Positions 55,706-64,000 of a DNA stretch of 64,000 nucleotides are shown in pieces. Where the stretch lies: contig CBDCNM010000002.1 of assembly GCA_965219385.1 (NCBI GenBank), positions 778,639 through 842,638 on the forward strand, read 5' to 3'. Every line of letters begins with the position of its first letter. Within the stretch, counting starts at the first letter, position 1. Below the pieces are notes generated by a model. That model ran no database searches and had not been told where the DNA came from. It was given only the letters and a program-made list of their open reading frames with translations. The translations under genes and the position numbers were made by a program. The DNA comes from Candidatus Latescibacterota bacterium. Lineage in GTDB: Bacteria > Latescibacterota > UBA2968 > UBA8231.

Positions 55706-58221
55706 AGCAAAACGCGGCGCTTCAATTCCTCCTGCGCTTCTCTAAACAGCGCGATCAGACGTGCCCGCACAGCCTCGTCGCGGAACACCCCGATGCGCTC
55801 GGCCCAGGTAATGCCGCCTTCCATGTGGGTCAACAGGTACTGTCCCACAGCCGGCTCAAAGGCGCACTGTCCGCCCACATCAATATATACAGGGGAAGAA
55901 TGGGCCATGACCGGCCCGGCGTCGGTGAAATGAGGCCCCCAGCAACGCGCCACCACCCAGCAGGACCGTTCGGTTTTGAGCTTGTGTGCTATTGTGATCC
56001 GGCGCTTTCCCTCTGCCGTCTCCCGGGCCACGCGCCGGCCGTTTACCACCAGTTCCACCGCGCTCAGCGGCCAGACACTTTCGGCCGTGGCCTCCACCTC
56101 CACCCTGCCGCCGTTGCCCGGTAGCTGGATTTCCTCTCCCATATCCCGCCCCTCGACCTTCAGGTCAATCATGGCTCCTGTACTGGCAAAGGTGGTGCCT
56201 CGACGCACTGCCTGGCACCAGTTGTCAAAGGTGAACTCCTCATCCGGGCGCAACTTGGCGTAGGTCCTCGACCCGGCCAGGATCCGGCGATTGGACATCT
56301 TGTCGGTGCCCCCCACGATCGGGAGTTTCTGGCCCACGTTCAGCCAGCGATAGTAACCGCGTTCGCCCTCGCCGATATCCTCGCCCAGCCAGATCCAGCA
56401 CATCTCCGCCGCGTCCGCCTGGCCCAAAACGATGTTGGCCGCGTTCTCGAAATCGGGCGCGGGCATATGCGGCATGATGACCAGTCCGCCCTGGCTGCGG
56501 CAGGCCTCGGCCCAGTCGGCCATCAGGGTCTGGATCTCGCCGCCGACCCAGTCCTCCTCGGGACCGCCCGTACACATGGGCGCCACCATCTCCTTCAAGC
56601 CCAGCAGGCTGATGTGGCCCAGCACGTGCTGGCGGTTCTCCTGGCTGACCCAGATCAGATGATCCCGGCTGCTGGTGGGCGACAGTCCTCCGGTAAACTC
56701 CTCCCAGCTGGTGAACAGCCGGCCCCACTGGCTGGCCAGCAGGTGGACCACGTTCACGTCCTCGGCCGCGGCTTCGAGGTGACTCGACTGCGCGGTCAGA
56801 AAGTGGACGTGGGTATCGCCGGAGTAATACCCCCGTTGCTTCATGTCGAAAGCCCGTTCGAGCTTCAGGGTCAAATGGCGCTGGCCCGGCTTGATTTCGA
56901 GTTGCCGGCGCACGGGCTGGTACTCGAAACCCCGCACTATCTCCGCGAAGACCTGTCCCACCGGCAACTCGATCTGGCAGGTCCCATCGATATAAGCGTA
57001 GGGCGTACCGTAGGGCGTACCCCGTACCTTGCAGTCGCCGCCCACGTCTTCGAACCAGGCCACGCTTACGTTTACATCCGCCTGGTGTCCGTGGGGCGCA
57101 AAATAGGCCCCCTGCGCCGAGCGAAAGTGGACCCGCGAGCCCACGGGCCTACCCGTATCTCCATCCTCCACCCGCACGTGCACCCACTGCTTGCCCCGGG
57201 GCGAGACTAGCTGGATCCGCACTCTGCCCTGTTGGACCGCCTTTTCCTCCAGCACATCCCCCCAGCGGAACTTTTCCGCTTTTCCTCCTTCGGTCTGCAC
57301 CTGCAGCTCGCCTTTCCTGGAACCGTGGATCTCCAGGTAATGCCCGTGCCGCTCTTCGTATCCACCCCGCCCCCAACCGGTCTCGTCGGTCTTCAGAAAC
57401 TCATCCCGGGTGGCGAACAGGACATCCTGGCGCACCACCTGCCCGCGCTCCATGCTCACTTCCACCGGACTGTCGCCGGCTGGATCCCCGTCCACGGATA
57501 TGGCCACTTCCTCGCGCGGCGGCCAGGCCAGGGGATCGCCCTCCTCCTGGCACAGGGTGATCGCCCCCAGCGCCATGGCCGTGGGGCCGGCCGCCACCAC
57601 TTCTATTTCCTGGATGGTTTTGTCGGGAAAGGGGTTTTCCCAGTCGAACAACCACCACCCTTCCATGTCGGTGCCGTACTCGGTGTACAACCCAACCTGG
57701 CGCGTCTCATAGTCCACGTTGCGATCGTCGAGCCCCACCACCGAGCGGAAAGTCCGGCAGTTGCGGCACAGGAAGGGCTGATGTCCCCAGGGGATGGCGG
57801 CATCGTGGATCTCGAAGCGCCGCCGCAATTCCTGCTCAACCGCACTGCCGTCCTCGAAGACCACCCGGTAGGTGCCGATCGCCTCCCCCATCCCCTCCAG
57901 AGTAGTGTAGTGTCCCCGGATCGGAGCACACACGTGAGCGAAGAGCACCCGGCGGGCCTTCTGGCCCAGGGCAATCGCGACCGATTCGGGCACCCCGGCT
58001 TCCCTGGCCACCACCACGAAGGCCGGCGAAGCGTCCTCTGCCGCCAGATGAAATGGAATGCCCCAGAATAGACAATCTCCCGAGGGCAATCTCTTCAGGA
58101 CGGTGTTCTCCGGGTCTTCCCCCGCCGCCGCCGGCCACAACCATCCCGTCCCGGTATTCACATTCCCGCTGCCGGCATTCCGTGCCTCCTTCAAATCGAT
58201 TGCTACAAACGGCTCTGCCAT
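55702..58221 (-). CDS. CehA/McbA-type PHP metallohydrolase
   Basis: GYYSGDTHVH, QENRQH.LGH, MPH, GGTDKM and AHSSPVY motifs. Confidence 0.85.
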   Translation of the reverse strand: MAEPFVAIDLKEARNAGSGNVNTGTGWLWPAAAGEDPENTVLKRLPSGDCLFWGIPFHLAAEDASPAFVVVAREAGVPESVAIALGQKARRVLFAHVCAPIRGHYTTLEGMGEAIGTYRVVFEDGSAVEQELRRRFEIHDAAIPWGHQPFLCRNCRTFRSVVGLDDRNVDYETRQVGLYTEYGTDMEGWWLFDWENPFPDKTIQEIEVVAAGPTAMALGAITLCQEEGDPLAWPPREEVAISVDGDPAGDSPVEVSMERGQVVRQDVLFATRDEFLKTDETGWGRGGYEERHGHYLEIHGSRKGELQVQTEGGKAEKFRWGDVLEEKAVQQGRVRIQLVSPRGKQWVHVRVEDGDTGRPVGSRVHFRSAQGAYFAPHGHQADVNVSVAWFEDVGGDCKVRGTPYGTPYAYIDGTCQIELPVGQVFAEIVRGFEYQPVRRQLEIKPGQRHLTLKLERAFDMKQRGYYSGDTHVHFLTAQSSHLEAAAEDVNVVHLLASQWGRLFTSWEEFTGGLSPTSSRDHLIWVSQENRQHVLGHISLLGLKEMVAPMCTGGPEEDWVGGEIQTLMADWAEACRSQGGLVIMPHMPAPDFENAANIVLGQADAAEMCWIWLGEDIGEGERGYYRWLNVGQKLPIVGGTDKMSNRRILAGSRTYAKLRPDEEFTFDNWCQAVRRGTTFASTGAMIDLKVEGRDMGEEIQLPGNGGRVEVEATAESVWPLSAVELVVNGRRVARETAEGKRRITIAHKLKTERSCWVVARCWGPHFTDAGPVMAHSSPVYIDVGGQCAFEPAVGQYLLTHMEGGITWAERIGVFRDEAVRARLIALFREAQEELKRRVLL

Positions 58222-58231
58222 CTTTTTCCTT

Positions 58232-60736
58232 TCAGTGAGGAATTCTCAGTTGGTGCATGCGCTTGTGGATTGCCTGCCGCGCCTCCAGGAAGGGTTTCTC
58301 CAGATAGGCCGTGTGGTCCTCTTGGCCGTGGTGGTGTTCGATCTCGCCGTGCTGGTAGAGCCGGCTGGTGTGGTGGACATAGTCCAGGCATCCGTCCACC
58401 AGGGTCAGCATGTACTGCGCCGTATCCTGGTCGAACATCCACCACTCGCCGCCGCAGGCCAGGTAGATCGGCGAGGTATGGGCCATGATGCCCCGGCCCC
58501 AGCCGTCCCGATGGGCCAGGGCCTGATCGTAGCCGGGCCCGCCACAGCGCGCCGCCAACCAGGAATGCCCTTGCACCTCTACTTTTGCCCGCAAGCACAA
58601 CTTCCGGGTGCCCTGGGCTTCTGTGGTCGAGGCCACTACCCGGCCCTCCTGCACCACCTCCAGGGTGTGGATCGGCAGCACGGACTCGGCTTCGACCTCC
58701 ACCTCCACGGCCCCTCCGTTGCCCGGCAGCTGCACGGTATCTCCGATCTGCTGCCCCTCCACACTAAAGCGGATAAGTGGCCCGCCGCTGTGAAAGGTGC
58801 GGCCGGCGGCCATGTTCTTGCACCAGTTCTCGTAGGTAAAGGGTTCGTCGTCCGGGATCCGCACATAGGTCCGGTAGATCCCGACGGGCACGTCGCTGCT
58901 CATCTTGTCCGTCCCCCCTACCAGGGGCAGCTTGTAACCACAGTTCAGGTAGCGGTAGTACTCCTGGTGCTGGTAGGTCCCGTGCCGCAGCATCTCCACC
59001 GCGTCGGCCCGGCCGGTGGCGATCAAGGCCGCCGGCTCGCCGTTGGGGTTGGGCAAATGCGGAATCACCACGCTGCCCCCCTGGGCATGGCACTGGTCGG
59101 CCCAGTCCGACATGGTGATCTCCAGGGTGCCGCCCAGTTCCGCCTCACTCGGCCCGTCCGAGCACCAGGGCATCACCGTCTCCTTCAGGCCCATCAGGAT
59201 CAAATGCCCCAGAAAGTGCTGCCGGTTCTCCGAACCCACGTACACGATGCTCTTGCCGTCGGGCGAGACGCTCGCCCGGCCGGTGAATTCCTCGGTATTG
59301 GTAAACAGGCTGCCCCACTGCGACGGCAGCAAATTCACCACGTTCAAACCCTCGCCCTGGGCCTCGGTATGGCTGCCCTGGGTCGACAGGAAGTGCACGT
59401 GCGAGTCGCCACTGTACCAGCCATCCCGGTTCATGTGGGACCAGCGCTTGAGGCGCAACTCCAGCTCCCGCTGTCCTGGTTTGATCTCTATCCTGGAGCG
59501 CAAAGGCTCGTACTCGTACCCCCGGGCCACGTCCACGATCACCTCGCCGCGCGGCAGCCAGCCCTGGCAGGTGCCGTCGATATAGGCGTAGGTGATCTGC
59601 CCCAGGCGCAAATCCCCGCCCACATCGATGTGCCAGGTGCCCATATTGGAGTTGACGTGGGCGTGGTGCCCGTGGGGCGCGTACGGGATGCCCTCATTCG
59701 AACGGAAGTGGACCCGGCAGGGCACGGGCTGCCCGGTCTCGTCGTCCAGCACCCGGGTGTGGACCCAGTTGCGCCCCCGGTTCACCACCTCGACCCTCAC
59801 TCTGGAATTCGGCTCCACCCTCCCCTTTTCCACCGCCTCCCCCCAGTCCGCCTCGCCCAGCACGTCCCCATTCTGTTTGACGGTAACCGTGGCCGATGGA
59901 TTGGCCGCCACCTCCACATAGGCCGGGCTGCTGCCCGGATTCTGCTTTTCGCCCCATCCCTTGTACCCGTCTTCCAGAAACTCTTCGTTGGTGTTCTCGG
60001 GCAGAGGATAGGGGTAGGTGGCAATGCCCCGGTCCACCTCCACCTCCAGGTCAAAGGGCTTGTGGGCGTCCTCTGCCTGCGGCAGGGTAATCAGGACCTC
60101 GCGGGTGCCCTCGCGGCACACCGGCTCCTCCTCCACGTGGCTCAGGGTAACGGCGCCGATCAGGAAGCGGGGCCCCGCTGGGACGATTTCCAGCTTCTCC
60201 AGCCTCCGTTCCGGCTGTGGATTTTTCCAGGACCACAGGAAGTACCACTCCGGGTTGGCGCGAATCGACTCGGTCTGGCGCCGGCCGGTGCTCTCCCAGG
60301 GGCCTTGGTGGCGCGGCATCAACCCGTCGAGCTGGTCGGGCACGGCCAAAAACGGCGAGCCACCCCCGGCCGGCACCTCGGAAATTTCAAAGCGCTCCCG
60401 CACGGGCACCCGGATCTCTTCGCCGCCCTCCAGATGGAACGCGTACTCGGCCACCCGCTCGCCGATGGGCCCGCCCTCCAGGATTCTGGACTCCAGCAGA
60501 CGGTGGGCCACAATCACCCAGCAGGCCTCCTTGCCCACCTGGATCTCCAGGGGCTTGGTGCCCAGATCCCCACCCCCGGCGACAAAACAATGCTCTCCAT
60601 CCCCCGATGCATTACCGACCTGGAAGGGCAATCCGCAAAACGACTGGGCGCCCCGTGGCACCTGGACGCCTTCTCCCAGTATTTCGGCGCCGGCATTGCA
60701 CACCGCCGCAAGATCCAGGGGCTCGTACGCATTCAT
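58232..60736 (-). CDS. CehA/McbA-type PHP metallohydrolase (paralog)
   Basis: GWYSGDSHVH, ENRQH.LGH, GGTDKM and AHTSPIY motifs; start at MNAYEP with a GAGG RBS. Confidence 0.85.
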   Translation of the reverse strand: MNAYEPLDLAAVCNAGAEILGEGVQVPRGAQSFCGLPFQVGNASGDGEHCFVAGGGDLGTKPLEIQVGKEACWVIVAHRLLESRILEGGPIGERVAEYAFHLEGGEEIRVPVRERFEISEVPAGGGSPFLAVPDQLDGLMPRHQGPWESTGRRQTESIRANPEWYFLWSWKNPQPERRLEKLEIVPAGPRFLIGAVTLSHVEEEPVCREGTREVLITLPQAEDAHKPFDLEVEVDRGIATYPYPLPENTNEEFLEDGYKGWGEKQNPGSSPAYVEVAANPSATVTVKQNGDVLGEADWGEAVEKGRVEPNSRVRVEVVNRGRNWVHTRVLDDETGQPVPCRVHFRSNEGIPYAPHGHHAHVNSNMGTWHIDVGGDLRLGQITYAYIDGTCQGWLPRGEVIVDVARGYEYEPLRSRIEIKPGQRELELRLKRWSHMNRDGWYSGDSHVHFLSTQGSHTEAQGEGLNVVNLLPSQWGSLFTNTEEFTGRASVSPDGKSIVYVGSENRQHFLGHLILMGLKETVMPWCSDGPSEAELGGTLEITMSDWADQCHAQGGSVVIPHLPNPNGEPAALIATGRADAVEMLRHGTYQHQEYYRYLNCGYKLPLVGGTDKMSSDVPVGIYRTYVRIPDDEPFTYENWCKNMAAGRTFHSGGPLIRFSVEGQQIGDTVQLPGNGGAVEVEVEAESVLPIHTLEVVQEGRVVASTTEAQGTRKLCLRAKVEVQGHSWLAARCGGPGYDQALAHRDGWGRGIMAHTSPIYLACGGEWWMFDQDTAQYMLTLVDGCLDYVHHTSRLYQHGEIEHHHGQEDHTAYLEKPFLEARQAIHKRMHQLRIPH

Positions 60737-60833
60737 GACATTCCTCATGTGTTGTTTATCGAGTTCCTTTACCCGAACCTCAAAATACTCAAAGCTGTCC
60801 CGCCGATCAAGTACAAAAAAAGCCGGCTCCCCT

Positions 60834-62795
60834 TTACGGTCGCAGTCGGGACACCCTTTCACACGCTTCATCAAGGCCAAGATCGCAGGCGCTCTGAATC
60901 AATGCCACGGCCTTCGCACGATCCACCGGAACGCCATCCCCCCTGTAGTAGATCATCCCTGCCAGGGCACAGCTCGAAGCAGCGCCCAACTCGCACGCCT
61001 TCACAAACGCCGCGGTAGCCCGGGCGAGATCGACGGGGAAGTGCCGCCCTGCAACAAAGATCTTGGCCAGCTCCATGCATCCCGAGGCCGATCCCAGATC
61101 ACAGGACCGCTGGTAGTACTCGACGCCCCGAGCAACATCCTGCCGAGGACCCTGCTCGTTGACCCAAAGATAGCCCATCAAATAACAACTCAACCCGTCG
61201 CCCCCGGAGCACAGCTCCTCGACCTTCCTGTACGCCATGGCCGTTTCCGACTTTGACAGCTTGCTCTCAGGGCGAAAAAAATCCGCAATAACCGCACTGG
61301 TGCATCCTTGGTCAAGGCCCTTTTCACAGGCTTTCAAGAAATAGCCGGCCGCAACAGAAGGCGACCTCTGGACGATTTTCCCCTCATCCAGGATCAAGCC
61401 CAGCTCATTGCACGCCTCTCCGAGGCCTCGATCGCAGTTGCCCGCCAGAGCCACCGTTAGCATCTGGCATCCTTCTGGTGAGCCCTCCTCGCACGCCTGG
61501 CGCCAATAAGCTGTCCGCTCACCCACCATAGAGGCCAGCTCACTGCACGCCTCGTCGCGCCCTTGATGGCAGTGCTCTGCCAGTAGAGTCATCAGGTACT
61601 GACACCCGTTGTGCGCGCCCTCCTCGCACGCCTGGCGCCAGAAAGCCAGGCTTTGGCCCTCGTGTTTACTGCCGATGAAATTCGTCGAATACAAAAAGAT
61701 AAAGAACACCACCCAGATTCCCATATGGGCCCCATTCAGGCGGAGCACTTTGCGCCAGCCGCTCAACGCAGGAAAGTCGAGCAATCTCTGTGCCAGCAAC
61801 CTGCCCCATCGATCGAAGACCTGGATCGACAGATTGAGAAAAGGCACACACAGCAACTTGTCGTAAAAGGTCGGCATTTTCAGCCACTCCAGCATCCCGT
61901 ACAGCGCAAAAACACCCCCTCCGTACAGGGCGCCGAACAGCACCCGCCCCCACCCGGAGCGCGGCGAGGTCGCCGGATCGGTCACCAGTAAGTGAAGACC
62001 GACGAAGACGGCGGTCGGGATGCTGGAACTCAGGAAGTAGTAGACGCCGGTAAAACCGAAATAAATGGAGTTCAGCAGATAAAGTGCGGCTACGGCGGAC
62101 AATGTCATCAGGGTGACGGAGAAGAAGTACTGAACCACCAGGCCCAGGAGAAAAATCTCGACGTAGATGAACTCTGGTTTGAACAAGGTCTGGGCGATCT
62201 CTTCACCCCAGGTAAGCCCCGTGTTTCCGCTTGCCAGCAAAGCGATGGAAAAAACCGTGAGAGCAAAGCCGGAGGGATTGAAAATGTGGGTGGAGCGCCC
62301 ATCCTTTTGCCATCTGAAAAATTCCTTGCCCATGAATCCGACTGCAAGCATCAGAAACTGCCACGCGAACCAGTCGTCCCTGAACCACAAAAACAGATTC
62401 GTGCTCAACACAATCGGAAATTGTCCGAAACCCAGGATCCAGCGCCTTCTTCTGGACCAGCACAACAGCATATCAAAGACATAGGCGAACAATAGCTGGG
62501 CCAGAATCAACTCGGCCTGATCGTAGACCTTGCGCCAGTGCCACCCCCAGTAGAGGTAAATGCACATCTGCACCAGGGCCTGAACATAATGCGGCCTGGC
62601 AATGCGAACCTGGATTTCCACGGTCCGGCCGACCGCCGCGGTGCGGTAGGCCAGCCACAACGACCAGACGAGCAGTACCGAACCAACCCCCCAGAAACTC
62701 CAGCGCAGGTGGGCATGCCCGTATATATCCGGATGCAATGAGAGCAGAATGAAACAAAGGGTGAGAAAAAACGGTACCTTGAAAGCGGATGTCAT
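60834..62795 (-). CDS. RnfD/NqrB-like (UnbU-like) membrane protein with C-terminal Sel1-like repeats
   Basis: Multiple TM segments with HIFNPSG and TDPATSP; repeated ACELG...C..LG helices. Confidence 0.75.
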   Translation of the reverse strand: MTSAFKVPFFLTLCFILLSLHPDIYGHAHLRWSFWGVGSVLLVWSLWLAYRTAAVGRTVEIQVRIARPHYVQALVQMCIYLYWGWHWRKVYDQAELILAQLLFAYVFDMLLCWSRRRRWILGFGQFPIVLSTNLFLWFRDDWFAWQFLMLAVGFMGKEFFRWQKDGRSTHIFNPSGFALTVFSIALLASGNTGLTWGEEIAQTLFKPEFIYVEIFLLGLVVQYFFSVTLMTLSAVAALYLLNSIYFGFTGVYYFLSSSIPTAVFVGLHLLVTDPATSPRSGWGRVLFGALYGGGVFALYGMLEWLKMPTFYDKLLCVPFLNLSIQVFDRWGRLLAQRLLDFPALSGWRKVLRLNGAHMGIWVVFFIFLYSTNFIGSKHEGQSLAFWRQACEEGAHNGCQYLMTLLAEHCHQGRDEACSELASMVGERTAYWRQACEEGSPEGCQMLTVALAGNCDRGLGEACNELGLILDEGKIVQRSPSVAAGYFLKACEKGLDQGCTSAVIADFFRPESKLSKSETAMAYRKVEELCSGGDGLSCYLMGYLWVNEQGPRQDVARGVEYYQRSCDLGSASGCMELAKIFVAGRHFPVDLARATAAFVKACELGAASSCALAGMIYYRGDGVPVDRAKAVALIQSACDLGLDEACERVSRLRP

Positions 62796-62836
62796 GTGAA
62801 ATCGTTTGGAGTCAGTCGCCCCAGTTGCTTTCCAGA

Positions 62837-64000
62837 TCAGAAGTGATCCGTCTCCCAGAAGAGCACCTCCCGCGGCGGGAACAACACCGAAAGCAGCGCC
62901 CCTATCTCCGGCCGCAAAGAAATTCCCTGCACCTCCAGAGCCGGTTCGAGCTGGCTCGTGCTCGATTCCCCCATCAACAAACGCCAGAAGAACTCCCCGG
63001 GTAGATTCAACGGCTCGACCAATGGATCGGCCTCGAGCACTTCGAGCTTTCCCGCGGCATCCAGCTGCAGGGCGCACACTTGCTCGTTGAGCTCAAAGCC
63101 GAACGCAACCGGCGCGAACCTCCGGGCGGATCTGTCCAGCCGCGCCTGCAGTTCAGGCAACACTTTCTGCATCAGGGAAAGAAGATCTACCGCGTAGAAC
63201 ATCATGGAGGTCTGTCCGCTCAGGGACAGATCCCCGGCACTGGACCGGACCAGCACGTCCACCAGCGGGTGCCGGTGCGGGATCTCGCCGAAAACCTCTT
63301 CGATCCCCTGGTCTTCGCAAAAATGCAGCAGGTGCTGGATCAGGGCGGTCAGGATGGTCGGATCGCTGGGCTCGTACGCAACCTCCAGGACTTCGACCCT
63401 CTTTTCCGCCACCAGAAAATTGAGGTACCCGCCCAGAACATCTCCACGGCGGGCCACCACCGTGGGAAAGAGGTGGCGTATCCGCGCCGGCGCCGTGTCC
63501 CAGTGCGCCCGGGGCCGCAGGATGGTTCCGCTCTGGCGGGCATTGTAGGCATGGTAGAGCACCACGGCCTGCTCCAGGTCGCGGCCCTCGTCAAAGGCCT
63601 CGACCTGCCAGGTGGTCTCTTGGGTTTCAACGGCCTGCTGGCGCCTTATGCAGAACCCGGCCCGCGGCAGACACTCCCACCCCAGCCGGCGGTAAAACAC
63701 AAAGGGAATTTCCGAAAACAACACCCCCACCTGGTAGCCACTCCGGTGCATGTAGTCGACCGCATCCCGCATCATGGCCGAGGCGTAGCCCTTGCCCCGA
63801 TGCTGCGGAAGGGTGCCTACTCCCCCGATCCCGCCCATGCGCACCACCGAGGAGCCGATCCGCATCTGGCGATCCCAAATCCTCAGCGTTGCCACGATCC
63901 TGCCATCCACTACCACGACCCGGGTCTGTTCCCATGTATAACTCGAATCTCCCAGGATGTAGCGGGTGTAGCGTTCGCGGCCATCCGGCCGGTGTATCAG
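62837..64000 (-). CDS. Eis-like GNAT acetyltransferase (start outside the window)
   Basis: GGIGGVGTLPQHRGKGYA...FYRRLGWE; second GNAT-like domain and SCP2-like tail. Confidence 0.85.
   Translation of the reverse strand: MIHRPDGRERYTRYILGDSSYTWEQTRVVVVDGRIVATLRIWDRQMRIGSSVVRMGGIGGVGTLPQHRGKGYASAMMRDAVDYMHRSGYQVGVLFSEIPFVFYRRLGWECLPRAGFCIRRQQAVETQETTWQVEAFDEGRDLEQAVVLYHAYNARQSGTILRPRAHWDTAPARIRHLFPTVVARRGDVLGGYLNFLVAEKRVEVLEVAYEPSDPTILTALIQHLLHFCEDQGIEEVFGEIPHRHPLVDVLVRSSAGDLSLSGQTSMMFYAVDLLSLMQKVLPELQARLDRSARRFAPVAFGFELNEQVCALQLDAAGKLEVLEADPLVEPLNLPGEFFWRLLMGESSTSQLEPALEVQGISLRPEIGALLSVLFPPREVLFWETDHF

Noticed and set aside
51737..62795. Enediyne biosynthetic cluster suggested by UnbU/UnbV-like genes
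   Set aside because: No PKS or thioesterase is present, and the UnbV-like genes are decayed.

Overview
GC-rich bacterial chromosomal window. A secreted protein ending in 'AVESVTWGRIKATF', plus many Gfo/Idh/MocA, TIM-barrel isomerase, amidohydrolase and CRTAC1 genes, suggests a Latescibacterota/Poribacteria-like organism (inference only). 1-17.9 kb: housekeeping and catabolic genes (glnS, Smr, Nudix, oxidoreductases), a Bcp peroxiredoxin with an in-frame UGA and SECIS-like hairpin that the ORF track misses, and a patch at 10.4-13.3 kb with a defensin-like 8-Cys peptide ORF, a 135-nt imperfect palindrome and gene relics. About 18-38.3 kb: a defence island whose genes from 19.4 kb on all lie on the minus strand. 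It holds a HEPN protein, M48 protease, complete type I R-M, Pycsar (PycTIR + PycC), a GmrSD-like nuclease, higB with a HigA fused to an unknown ~330-aa domain, an AlbA_2-HATPase protein, three further hsdM relics and several toxin-deleted TA relics. 38.6-64 kb: stand-alone A-T-R NRPS-like reductase, SDRs, MsrP, TauD, ThDP enzyme, a BMC shell gene, decayed CRTAC1/ASPIC genes, rnd, two CehA/McbA-type PHP hydrolases, an RnfD/UnbU-like-Sel1 protein and an Eis-like GNAT. No rRNA, tRNA, CRISPR array, integrase or transposase was recognised. All family calls come from motif recognition by eye; no searches were run.
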